Assembly: GCA_965637545.1 (NCBI GenBank)
Contig: OZ281501.1
Location: 11,966,001-12,030,000 of the forward strand
Direction of reading: 5' to 3'
DNA length: 64,000 nt
DNA from: Phallusia mammillata
Taxonomy: Eukaryota
Positions 24,155 to 37,600 of this stretch are shown one piece after another (the stretch's first letter is position 1; the number at the start of each line of letters is the position of its first letter). A program made the position numbers and the translations under genes. The notes beneath the pieces were generated by a model. The model saw only the letters and a program-made list of their open reading frames with translations, was not told where the DNA came from and made no database searches.

Positions 24155-27100
24155 CTTGATTGGAAAAAAACCCAGACCCAACTAACACCTAAACTAAAAT
24201 CCGCTGTTAAAATACATAGTAGATCAGTAAAGTTCAAGTAAGAGGTGTTGGTCGCCTTACGGCACAGTACAGACCAATACAAGACATAATAACTAATTGA
24301 GAAACGCCTGAATTTACTTCCCATTGTTAAGTACACGAAACATACGTGCGCGATTACACAACAAAACCAGTCGATCTGGTTGCTTTACGTCACTACTGCA
24401 AACTAAAACAGCGCAATATTTCCGATGATTGTTAAAATTTAACGCAGCGTGGGAAGATATGTGTAGTGTTTTTCATATTTGCGATCAAGCTTCACCTGTT
24501 TTTTGGGGACACTTGTTCTAATATAATTCTCAAAAAATCTAAACTTACATCAAAGGATTTCTTAAACTGTTTTAAGCTTTACAGCTGAAACATCCTTTTT
24601 CTGAGTAGTTTCGGAAAACCTAAATATTTCTTGTATTCCAAGCAGCTAAATACAACAAAACTTATTTTCCGACTATGTGAACTACAGCTGTTTATTTATT
24701 CTAAATACGATTTCTTGATTTCTTATTTTCTTGATTATGTTTCGAGACTTTGCGATCACGAAGCGGTATGTCAACTTTTTAACTTGATTCCAATCAACTT
24801 TTCAACGCAAGTTGTGATTGTGCTTCGACTATTGTACTGGAAATGTCTTGTTTTGCCGCGGGGCATTGAAGAAAGTAGCAGCGCATAGCAGTAGAACAAG
24901 GTTGCCACGCAGCGATGCGAAGCTGTCACCAGCGCCTATTGTGCAAAATGACCAGGGGGTGAAATGTTAATTATCGCAGCCGATAACTTTGCATTTGTGC
25001 CCTGCAGGTACAAAGACGCAAAGCAATAAACAAATTAAAGTCAGAGATGCATCAGACGCAACAACTTTACTTCTTAACGCGGCACATTCCTCGCGTCTAA
25101 CACTAGTTATATAACAATTTATCAAAAAACACGTGCTTGGTTGCATAAAAAAGGACAATGAAAGTTGCTGAAACATCTGATGTAAATATTTTTCCGCATG
25201 TGGTCAGTATAGAGCACATATTTTGATGTAAATGACTGCAATCGACACATCATTAGATTCTAAATTAGCCAATTGACCTACAACCAATTGCCTTCCCTTA
25301 AACATCACCGTTGCCAATTTATGTAAATTGTCTTCGTTTATGACTGAGTCAATTGCCGCAAATCGTCCCTAGTATATAGTATATAGTTAATGCGCGGAGT
25401 GTTTTTGCTTTGGTAATTTTGTGGATGTTTTGAGAAGAGAGTGAAATTCAATACGTTGTTTTGCTTGACCAGGGATCACGTTTCGCGTTAAGGTTTAAGC
25501 GTACAGATATTTTGTGGCCCCTAATCATTAAAGTCAAAAATCGGATACAAACTTGCATGTCATTATAGTATCAACAACTTGCTACGTGTAAACAACTTGC
25601 TGCCAAAAAAACAACAACAAAATATTACTTGCCAAAGAAAACCACCCTAAAATGGCAAGGAAAACAATATTTTGTTTACTCAAATATTTACTATATTAAG
25701 GCTGAAAATGATAATAATTTGCTAGTGTTTAATTGACACAACGTCTTTGAAACGTTTGTCATGTTTCAAGTGGGGCTTAATAAACAACGTATGTACGCCC
25801 ATTAAACTGGCTGGGAAAGATTCAACATTTAAAGTAATACATATAAACTGGAACATTATCTCAGGCCCTTTTGAATGATCTTTAGAAATACGTTCAAACT
25901 GGAGAAGGCGGAACGCGCGCCATCGACGGTCCGGTTGTCACGGGGAACATGATACCGCTGCTCTATGGTTTATAACGCCCCTGTTCGCGTCGTTTGACAG
26001 ACGAAAACGACGGAACGAGAAGGCGGTACTGGTTCCATGTTCGACAAGTCGTACGACGACAAACAAAGGCGAACACAACAGGTGAAAGTGTCGTCGCTAG
26101 TCTCGAGGACAAAGCCGCCCGATTAGATCAGGAAATCAGCATGAAAGGCGCGTGTGAAATTAGACTTGACACAATATGTTTGACAGCCATACACGACATG
26201 TTATGGGCTATCAGGGTTCGCGACTCTTTGCGGAACGGATACAATTTGTTTTTAAACGAAACAAGTTGACTCGCTAGTCAGTGTTTGAGAAGACCTGGCA
26301 TAGATGTAGGACAGGAAAGTTGAACTAACAGTTTTTTTTATCTAAACCACAGTCAACTTCTTGTAAATGTATGAACATTTTGTCCATGTGCAGTTTAACG
26401 CAAAATACGATAAATATGCATTGATGTGCAAAATACGTTGTAGTTTGTTAAATAGTTGGCTTTAATTGATTCAAATCGTCAAGTATTTTCTGTTTAAGGC
26501 ATCAGTTGCTTCTCCCAAGCTACTTTATTTAAAACCACAGTAAGCGTTAATGATGTGTCTACTCATAATAACGAAAAGTAAAACACAGTGGATTTATTCA
26601 TCGAAGCCGGTTTTCATAATCTTATTAACCAGGCGTGTGTAGTTGAATTGCAATATACGCCTATTGTATAACCGCATTCCGTGGATAAAATTGTTTGATA
26701 TTTAAAGCTAATTCTTGATTCATCTGGTTTGTCGATTTTAAGGAAACATAGTTTATGACTTAGTATAGATGAGTTCGAAGATATATGTAGGTAGATGTGT
26801 GCTTTTACGGCGTAATAGATGCGAGTCTCTCAAGAAAAAAAGCTATAATGTTTCGATAGTACAATCTTAGGTCCTTATTTTAACAATAGTCACCCTTTAT
26901 ATTGAAAGGGGAATTAATTCAAGTTTATTTCGTTATATCATATTTAAACGGTAGGCACAGCCGATGCTTAGTTTATAGTTTTGTGGTAACCAATCCCGTT
27001 TTGGCCTTAAAAACAAGCGCGTATAGAATCTGGACTACCAAATGATAGTAAAAAAGGACACGAACAAGTAGAAGCAAACATTGCTTAGTAGACTAGTAAC

Positions 27101-27279
27101 CAGTGGTAGGATTCACCCGGTTCGAACCGGTTCTATAGAACTATCTCACGAAATTTTATGAGACCAGCGAACCGGTTAGCATTGCTGGTTACTGTCAATG
27201 GACTTTTTGTAACAGAACCGGCTGAAAAATATAACTTTTGTGATAGAACTGGCCGACAAAAATTTGAATCCCACCACTG
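27101..27279. mobile_element. hAT-type MITE
   Basis: TIR CAGTGGTAGGATTCA / TGAATCCCACCACTG, perfect 8-bp TSD CTAGTAAC, internal GAACCGG repeats. Confidence 0.9.
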
Positions 27280-29265
27280 CTAGTAACTATTTTCAATTTC
27301 TTTGAAAGGTTGTGATTTATAAAGATTACGGAATGTCATATATTAAGAATGTCATATGACATTAAAAGTGTATTTATATACAAGGCGCCAACATTACATC
27401 TATAAGGCTTCGTAGCCTATAATGTGAAAAATCACATAAAAAGGTATGGAACGCATTGACAAAACATAACATATCTAAAATTAAATTGAAATAATCACGT
27501 AAACTGTTCCGAATATAAAGTTTGATTGAAAGCTCGGCAGGTGTATGATTAAAGTTTATGCCGGATTTAAAAAACATGTGGTCAGAAAATTGCAAATTAA
27601 GTTTTGACAGATTCTTTTCAATTGCTTGCAAGTCGTGATCTCGCTGGTTTCCTTTGAAGTTACAAACACGCCTTAAAAAATTGGTCTTTGGCAACTCAAG
27701 CGTACATCTAATCATCGGATTATACTCCGAGAGTACATAAATTTGACTTTTATAGATTTGTTCGTACTTTCTTTATTTTTAAGGCTGCGTGCAACGTAAA
27801 CACTAGCATTAATGAAAGGTATTGCTTTCCACTTTAGGTCTTCGAGTTTTTTTTTTTTTCTGGTCACAAAACAATGTTGCCGGCCTGACAAAACAAATTT
27901 GTGTGGCATCCTTAATTATATCATACGTTTAATTTAAAACACATTAAAGACGGAGTTTTGTGAGTTTCACTTGTAGGTTGCAGCAGTACATAAAAACCCG
28001 AATGCTTGAACAGTTCTGTGCCGCGAAATATTTGTTTTTGCTGAATGCAACCATCATCGCATGTTTACAAGCTTAAATACCAAATTAATGCGGATGTACG
28101 TGGCACCTGCTACCAAAAACACTAGCATCACAAGAAGTGATAGTTGCAATACAGTTTATTGGGATATTTTGTTTTGTGCCGAGGGCAAAAATTTAGCTTT
28201 TGGTGTGCTGCAAGTGCAAAGTGGTGAGGAAACGCTGATTGACAAGTTTACAAGCGTTTGCTCGACAAAACGGTGATTTGTCAATTCGTTCCAATGCCCT
28301 TGTCACTCCTTGTAGACCACTTCCTACTTCAGCCAATCCGGGGTCAAGCCGCTGCCTTGCACTTGACAAAAAGGGGTTCCACAAAACTCGGTGTATGTGC
28401 GCTGTGCCAAGACTTTGCGATTTAAGTTGTTAACATGAAAGGCGAAGACAAATGGTTCATATCGGTAAAGTTGAGTATCATTCTCCCGCAGTTGAATATT
28501 GGTAGCAGAGCATGAACCATAACGCAGCTGTGCTCTCGTGTCTTGGACCACATAAAGTACTCGTGGCCGACCTCTTGGCTTGAAGGGTTCTCACAAGGCG
28601 ACTGTAAAGTGGCATCGGTCAACAGGCCTCCAAGAACGGCACACACTCCTGGCCTGGAGACGTAATTTACCCCCGTGACTTGTTTGTACACGGGATTAAC
28701 TTTTTGCCGTCACCGGGAATGTTTGGGCTAAAGACTGGCCGAGCTGCTGATTTGACTTTCCTTTGTTCAGTTACAATAGTTTGACTTGTGGACTGAAAGT
28801 TACAGCGTCTAGAAATGTATGCAAAAACTTAACTTTTTCTGTTTCAGTAGGACCAATGCATAAGAAGCGACAGTAAACATTGATTAGTAATTTAAATGCG
28901 TTACTGGGAAGATTGAAGAAGATCTTGGCTTTGGCCATCTGATGTCTGATGGTGTTGTCTTCGCCCAGGATTCGACAATTGTATGAAGGTACTTAAATAT
29001 TAGTATTCAGTGTCGATTTTTGTCTCAACGTCATTATTGCGTTTCTCCTGGCGGAAAAGAGTAATTCCTTGTGCTGGGGCTCGTGCCACAAACACAGCCC
29101 TTTATTCTCACAGCAAATTTCATGTCACGCTGCGAAACTGTGATTTTGCAAGGTGTTTGTTTCTAATTTTTCTGAAATGTTTCTTGAAATAATACAATGT
29201 CAAAAAAAGACAAGTTATATTTTGTTTTCGGTAAACTTTGTTGAAATTTTCCTGCCTATTGAATA

Positions 29266-29580
29266 CAGAGTTGTAGGCTATATCGGGCCGGGTTCGGGCT
29301 TTGGTTTTTGTAACAAACCGCGTTAATTCGGGCCTGACTTCAGGATCTGTGTCCGTATTTTTTTAATACACATTACCTAGCTAAGTAGTAAGTTGGTGGA
29401 TAGAGCCTAATGCCCAACAGCCTTAACACGACTTGTTTAAGCCATTGTCTACTGTTTATCCAATGTGTATGTCTTCTTTATTATAAACCTATCAATCAAA
29501 CTTTCTGGCCTAAACGGGCTTCTCCAAAACAATTCGGGTTCGGGCCGGATTCAGGCTCAAATTTTGAGCTTACAACTCTG
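29266..29580. mobile_element. hAT-type MITE with CGGGCC/TTCGGG subterminal repeats
   Basis: TIR CAGAGTTGTAG / TTACAACTCTG; perfect 8-bp TSD ATTGAATA. Confidence 0.9.
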
Positions 29581-31676
29581 ATTGAATAATGCTAAACCTG
29601 TAACAAACAAACTCGAAAAGGAAGTGAGTGTGTGGCACTGTTTCCCAAAATTGTATCTTGTATTAAAAGCGTAAGGCTACTTTCAAGGCACTTTGGATGA
29701 ATTCGAACTTTTATAGAAGTGATCAATGTTATGGAATCAGTTTCATACGCTGTAACTGTCTAACTGTCTACTTCTACACGGTCCCCGAGTACTAACCAGC
29801 GCCTTTTTGCGGCTACAAACGCCCCCGGTTGGCGCTGGTGCCACCTTATGAACCAGCGGTTTCGTTACTACTTTTTCTTGCCAAGGACAAAATTTTGGCC
29901 ATGCGCACAATGTTTGAATCTGATGTTTAATTAGGAAATGTGATTTTTGTCAACTTTGAACTCTCTTCGCTATGTATTTTGATTTGACACTTGCATTTTA
30001 ATAAGGAATCACGTGCGTGTTAGCAACACATTTTCAGTTTGCAGAGATAAGTGGTTACAACCTTGCCTCGAAAACGAACTTGACTGCGTTGTGCTTGACC
30101 AGTTTGCGGGTATTTGCCTGAACTTTCCTGACCGCAGCGGAAATTAAATCTTCTCAATTTTAACTCAGGCGAAAATATTTGGGTCCTTACAATTTCTTTA
30201 CTGTAGGGTTTTTTACTTCCGTTTCAGTTTTGTGACTTTTTCAAGTGTATACTTTTGGATTTTTCAGTTGTGTCGAAGTCTTAATGTTTAAATGTGTAAG
30301 ACGTAAACGCTAAATATTGCCACAAACTGACCGTATTGCTGCAATCTTTGAAAAATTCACTGTAATCAGACTTGGCGTAAACGTGCTAGCTATATGGGAT
30401 TTGTTACTGATAGCAATACGTGGGAAGCAGGCCTCCGGAAAATTATAGCCTTTTCACTGAGGCCAACCCTCTATTTGACATGGCAAAAATGCTATCAAAA
30501 CAAGCACTTCGGCCGTCGCGAAAGTTAGGGGGAATAGAAACAAGGCAAAAATTCGAGCCTCACTTATTCGATCGCCCATCGACGCACGAAGTTTCTGTAA
30601 ACAGTTGCGTAACTTAGGCAGAAAGAAGGGGCGTTTAGGTTTGCTGTCGTGCGTAACGTTTGTCCGTTAGTCGGAGCTTTTTGTCGTAATTTCGAGGTAG
30701 GTTTAAGATCGAAACACATACAATAATACAGACCAGTACGGTAAAGAACACTCACTTATTTTAAGTACCCTGAAGAGTTTAAAGCCAGAAATGTATTAGA
30801 GTCAGTTTAGGTAAGATTTTTATTAAGAGTTTGAGTTATTGTGTCAATGTGACCATAGAGCATTAACTATCAGATGTGTTTAAAAAAATGGTAAATAAGT
30901 TGTACATGTTGAACAAACGTGCTCTTTTGATTAGATGAAAAATAATCTTTCACAGCAGTTTGCTTAAAAACATGTAATGTACGACCGGAAACAGCATGCA
31001 GTATTTATATGATACTTTGATCCAATTATTTGTGCAACGCATATACCCCTAATCTAAGCAAGCCCAGACAAACAAATTCTGCAAATCCAATAACTACTGA
31101 AACTTAACCAATGTGATATGTCATGTTGCGGAAAACAACAAGGGAAGTAACAGTGGTCCGTCAATTTCGCTGATGGTTACAATAACAAGAAGCACTAAAA
31201 ACGATCACTATGAGAAAATGCAATGCATCGGTCGTGGCGATGTCAAAAAGGCCAGAGCTAGCTAGTAACACGGTACAAGATAAAAACAAGTTGAATTTAC
31301 CCTACGTAACTTGCTGCTGTTTACTTCGCTTTGTAAACTCTGAAATAAAACAATTTATATCCGTCAACGACCGCGTGAAGCCGTGAACTACGTTGACGTT
31401 ATCCAAATATTCGGCAATATTTTAATAAATAGCACAGCTTACCCAAATCGCCATTCTAAGCTGTTTCCTTAAGAAAGGTCTTGGACCAGGGTAAGCATTT
31501 GCCTTACGAGCTTTTTGGGCAAAAATTTCTCGTAAAAATTTGTCATGTTTGCGAAGAATAGTTTCTCCAATTAATAGCTTTTGGCCTCTAAAGACTTTAG
31601 GTAATTGTAGCCAGTCTAGTCTTATTTAATATTTGAGTGAAATGTCAGCACATAGAATAAATGTATTTCTGGCACC

Positions 31677-34600
31677 ATGAGAATTGAGGAGTTATACGAT
31701 AGGCCCACCAAGCAATACCCCCCAGTTCGTTTGAAGACCTCGCGACATTCTAGTATGGCAACAACGCGAAAGCGTTCGGACTTAAAGGAGCAACCGCGTC
31801 CAATCGCTTTAACAGGTGACTGACGCTTCCCCATGTTTGTTAAAGGCATTACTGGGTTTTGAAATGGTGAACGCCAGAAGCCACCCAAATTCAAATGGCC
31901 TTTTAGAATAACTATGTTGAAAAAGGGGATAGTAAGCAATAAAGTGAAAGCTTTTATCGAACTACCAACATCAGTAGTGTCGTTGGCGGCCATATTGTTA
32001 AATGTTTGTGTGTAAATTACGGGTATGTTTTTTCCACTTTCGTCGACTCTGAAGTTTTTCATTGTTTACAAGGACAAACTGTTGTGGGGCGAAAAGCGTA
32101 GTTTTGTTGTCACGTTTGCATAGCTCATATTGAACAAAGTCATGTTGCACAATTCCGGTTTTTGAAGATCATTAAAAAGCGAAAGAAACAGTATCGGATC
32201 TTGAACGACATTTTCAAGTCGGGTCACTTGGCGTTAAAGCAACAACCTGAACCGCTTCCAACTGTTCGCCGTTTTCCGTCGTCGGCATCTTGTTTATCTT
32301 TCTCCGTTCGCGACCCGGAGCTCATGCGCACTGTATTTGTTATTTGATGGATTACCGTGATTCGATTGTGCGTTGGGTCCCAGGCTTATTGTCCCAAAAA
32401 ACCCTTTCACTTGATATTCTTCTAAACTTGTTTGCTTTTCGTGCCTATGATGTTAACAGCGTCATTGCGGTAAGCCCGGCGCTGTAGCTGATGGACTTGT
32501 GCTAACCGCCCACATCTAATGCCCTTTCACTGTTATACGTATGTGTGCTTTTACTGTCATGTAAAGAAAAAAATCTTGAACTTGACATTCAGATAATAAC
32601 ACTTTGAACTTCAAAAAAAGTAAAAGTAAGATTTTCGAAACTTTTTTGTTTCTTTTTTATTGTCCAACTTACGTATAATAATCACAAGGGGAATTGCCAC
32701 ATATGCTTTTTGTCCTATCTTTTCGTTCTTGATTTTTGTACCGCGAGGTTGCGTGACGTAACGCTTTGTGACGTCAATTTATAGTACTGCAACCGATCAA
32801 CAAATTATTTTGCAAAAGTGATACAAATAATCTTCAGTGTAAATTATTTTTGAAGAACACCGTTGTGAGTCATTTAACTTAACAAAGCTTTGTTTTTGTT
32901 TTGTAACAGAGAAAAAGAAGATTCGTCGTCGAAGCACGATGAGGATCGAACAAGTTGCAAGGCATGAGGAAACATCTTACTTGCTGGACTCGGAGGTGAT
33001 CACTTTTTGCCAAACCACAACAAAAATTTGATAGATTGACCTCACAAGAGTAAAAGAAAAAATCCATTAAAATAATAAATCCATCCTTTTTGATATTTTA
33101 CTTTACATATTTTACTTGAACTAAGCAATTATTTATTTTTTTCAACCTTAAACAGGAGAAATGTACTGAATGTTAAAAGAATTTTAAGATTTAGGATGCA
33201 GCTTTCTCTTTACCTCTGTGGGTTTGGTCTTAAAACTATTTGGTATTGAATTAGATTATGTTGATCCAATATTTCCGGGGTGTTTAATTCGCTTGGTTGC
33301 ACCAGTTTGACATTTCAAACCACTATTGCCCCCCGCCCAGTATTGTATGGTAGTCATGCTGCCATGTTTATCATATGAATAGCGTGGGCGTGAAAGATCA
33401 TGTGTACTTTAGTCTGTTTAAATTCTGTAACATAGTTATTTAAACTTGTGAAAAACACGATTTATACGTACTGTTGTTTTTTCCAGACGAACCAGGCTAT
33501 CCTTAAAAACGTGGTAGCAAAGGACGAAATTTGCCAGTTTCTCACGCCGCTGAAGTTTATTGAAATCGACACTTGGCGAAAGTAAGTGGAAAATAAATAT
33601 GGATTCGATTCACCAGAAAGCAGATTACGTTGTCCAAGATGACAAATCCAACACGACCATCAAGGATTCAGGCGGCCGCACACACACAAACATGAAACTG
33701 CAACAGCCGTTCGTTGCAGTCGATTTGACGTCGTTAGAAGACATACGATATCGTTAATGTCCAATTTTGCTGTCACCCGGATGCCTAGAGGCCCATACAT
33801 GCAATTACCCTTGCCTTCAAGCACAGTACCGAATCGATTTAGCGACTATCTTCTCTATGTGCTTTATACTGTTCGTTGTTATACTACGGCTCTTAAATGA
33901 GCAACGATATGCAGCAATGGTTTGTAGTCGACCATAATTTGTTCATTATAGGCAGTTTCGAAGATTTCCTGATTTAGCCAAGTTAGGCAAAAATACAATA
34001 TTTTTCAACAAAAATACATTTTTTTTTCAAGTATGGTGTAACAAGAATTTTAGGTTCCTGTACTAACAACTCGAGCACCTATTTAAACAGTACAAAACAA
34101 AGTGTGTATTGACAGTGATACCGTTACTTACGGAACGTTCTTTCACAAACCGAAACTCTTAGGATCCCTACTTATTAGCATCCATTAATTTGTTAATGTT
34201 GTCATTGGGTAAACAAACTTTTTAAATGGTCAGTCTTATTGCAGAGAAGTTCCTTACGGACTGACAAAGGAGACAGGAGTGGAGAAAAGGAAGTGGAGGA
34301 CACCGCTTGAGATCTTGGAGGCCGTAAGTCGTCAGGACAACCCCGGCGAACACGACGACAAGGGAAATGCTCTACGAGGTGGCTCAGCGAGCAAACTGTT
34401 GCGGAGACAGGTAAATCATGTTTGAAATATCAATTTAAATCAAACGACGTCTTTCCACTGTAAAGTAATATTTAAACCAGGCGCATTCCCATAACTTCAA
34501 GTTCAAATACACAGTTGCAACGATCGTCTACTTTACTGACCACTTCAGATCCTGCAATTTCTGATGATAAACAACATGATACCCTTCAGTGTCAAAATAT

Positions 34601-37600
34601 GTTTATGTGAATATGTTTCAGATCTGTTTAAAGCGATTTGGTAACGTGGCCACTAATTCATACCAAACCTATTGGCCACAAATTGTCGGTCGAAATTGAT
34701 CTAATTTGTGCATTTTGAAAATCGCTCACAATTTCATTTCACCCAAGATCGATCGCGGTTTATTGACATTCACATTCATTCAAAGGCTTTTGATGTGTGA
34801 AGGTAGTGATTATATTTAAACCTGTGCGAATGTTAATATTTAATCTTGCATTCAACACTGCTCCAATGTGTGGAATGTGGACGGCCAATCGATGTACACA
34901 ATAGAACCTGTATTTGCACTTTCAAAAATAACTGTACCTTTGCACTCCGATGGATGAAACCAATAAATTAATATAGTCTAAAACAGTGGTTCTCAACCTT
35001 TTAAGTTTGCGGACCGGTCAACTTATAAAACAAATTTTGCGGACCGGTGGACTTTCAACATCAACCCAAAATAAGTATGAAAAATTCAACTTAATGAGAA
35101 GTTTGCTGCTGTCTGTTTGATATTATATGTGTTAAACGCGGTTCTAATGAAGTTTCTGCAAGGCGAAGTAGAGCGTTCACTTTCACACGATTTCTCTGCC
35201 TTCAACATCTTGCTTTTTGCAATTGAGATATAAAATTGCAATATATTTGGCGGACCGGCAGGAAAGTTGACGCGGACCGGGACCGGTCCGCGGACCGGCG
35301 GTTGAGAACCACTGGTCTAAAAGAATGTTAAAGGTTCGTTTAAAAGAGTTTGGGGTCTTTTATACACTAATTATTTTACTTATTTTGATGTCATGAAATG
35401 TGTTGTAAGGTTTAGTAATAAACTGTATATTTAGGGCCTTTTCTCAGCTCCCGTACGAAGTGCCGCGACACAAAGACGTTTGACAACAGCCAGTCGGTCC
35501 CAGGAGAAGGAAGGTTCGAGGTAATACTCAAAATATACAAAAGAAATCTTTGGGTTCAATCTATACAATGCCCATTGGTATAAATAGTATTGACCATTTT
35601 AAGACCAAAATATATCCACTCGTTATTGGCTATTATACGTAAATTTTGTCATCCTAAAGTATATCTATTAAAGCCCTCAGCTGAACATTTTTTGACTATT
35701 TTTCGCCATACAAAAAATAGTAAACTCAACCAGTCAAAATGGTAATGCATATGTCTTTGAATATTCTGTTACAGCAATGGAATTGAGAAAACAAGAAATA
35801 GTGGATCATTGGGCAAAGGCGATGCGCAGCTTAAGTCCTCCGACAACCAACGTCCACCTCCACCTAGCGGTCGACCATCGACGTCTCCTGCACGACAACC
35901 ATTACTAAGCAAGATCAACAGTGAACGGTTGCTTTTGCTGTCAAAGCAGCAGGGTTTTACCACCAGCATTGAAAAGTAAACTAAAAAGACTGTTACTACA
36001 AAAAAACTACAAAACATAGCAAAAATATAATAAGGTTTATAAATCCAGCCAGAGCATTTTAAATCAGGCGGTTTCCGTAATTGATTACTTGGTTTGTATG
36101 ATTGCACACCCAAATATACTAACACATTTGTGTTTTCTCGCAAATTTGTTTCGATTTGGGTTGTTTATCCTGATTTTACAAGCTAAGTTGTAATGTTTTG
36201 GGTTTCCAGAGGAAACACAATTACGGACGTTGTGCCTGGCCGTCTTCTTTACACCAACCGCATTCCTGTAACTTCAAGTACACCGTTGCGACGATCCCTT
36301 AATACTCCTACTTCACTGACCAGTTCAAATCCCGCTAATGCTAATGGTAAAAAACAACTCGATTGATGTTGATCATGTTTAAATAGTTACATTGTGATAT
36401 AGCAAGCCAGTGGTGAAATATTAAGATAAGCGAAAAAAATGCTTGTTAGACGGTTTCGAATTGACTTGACACAAAAGCGGTTGTTTTGCGTATTACAGTT
36501 ACAAGAAGCAGTGAAGAAAGTGGCCCTCGAACCACGCTACCTGATGGCAACTTTGAACGTGCAAGTTCCAACACAAGAGGGCAGTACGGAGAAACTGTAG
36601 TTGCCCTGAGAAACTCGACGGGAAAATACGAAAATGTGCTGCTACGACCCCCCACCCGTCCCCGTCCACCAGATAAGACAGGAAAACTTCAAGGGACTTA
36701 CTCTGACCCTAACATTGCTTATGGACCCCAGTTGACAAAAAAATCTGCACAACGCACAAAAAAAGACGGGATTAACTACAAAGTGCGGAATTACTACGCA
36801 GCAGCCCAGTCGTCAAATGACGTCACAGACTCGGATAAGACGAAGCAAATCTGGACAATTAAACGAGAAACCGGGTAAGAATACACCCTGTAACGTACTT
36901 GTGTTATAATACGAGCAAAAGGCCAGTATACACACACTATTCACTTTATTCGCCTAAATATCAGTTGAAGAGATAGCTCTCAAAGTGTGTCAGTACAAAA
37001 AAAAAATCATTCAAAAGTTTACAACGACACCAAACCATTTCGTTTCGTAGTAACTCTAGTCAAGAAAACCCAGTGAAGAAAGAGTTTTTTACACCGGGGG
37101 TTTTATTTTGGTTACACAAGACAGGCAAATTCCCCTGTTGCGATTTTCAGAAAATGCTTTCAATCATGAAAAAATGTAAACAAAAGCTTTAAACGAAATG
37201 TGCCAATTACTAATCACGTGTGTGCTATGCATGTGCGCACAACATCATGCATGTTTCATTATCTATCACATCATGGACAAAAACGTCAGATACAAATGCT
37301 ACGAGTTAATAAATTCGATGAAAAAGACCAATCTTGGCGAAACCCGTAAATATATAATATATCTCATAATACGAGGTCGTTATCATAAATTCCCTGCGTA
37401 AATCCCTCGGCACTAATGACTTTTATGCATTACAGAACTCCTCTCAAGCCTTCAAACGTCACTACGCGCATCGTATACCACGTACCCGAGAGATCTCCGG
37501 GTCATCCAACTCGTACAGTCACATCACGTGTCCATTGCTCTCCCTGGGTGACGCAAGCACTTCCCGATCCGTCGCTGACGGTCAATGACAAACTGACGAA

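Noticed and set aside
24919-24942. - strand TIGAGDSF, resembling the PfkB kinase signature
   Set aside because: It is an isolated 8-residue match in a short frame bounded by stops, with no other PfkB motifs or linked exons.
31622-32062. 146-aa - strand ORF
   Set aside because: No recognisable domain or splice signals; it overlaps antisense to the candidate first exon (ATG 31677) of the + strand orphan gene.
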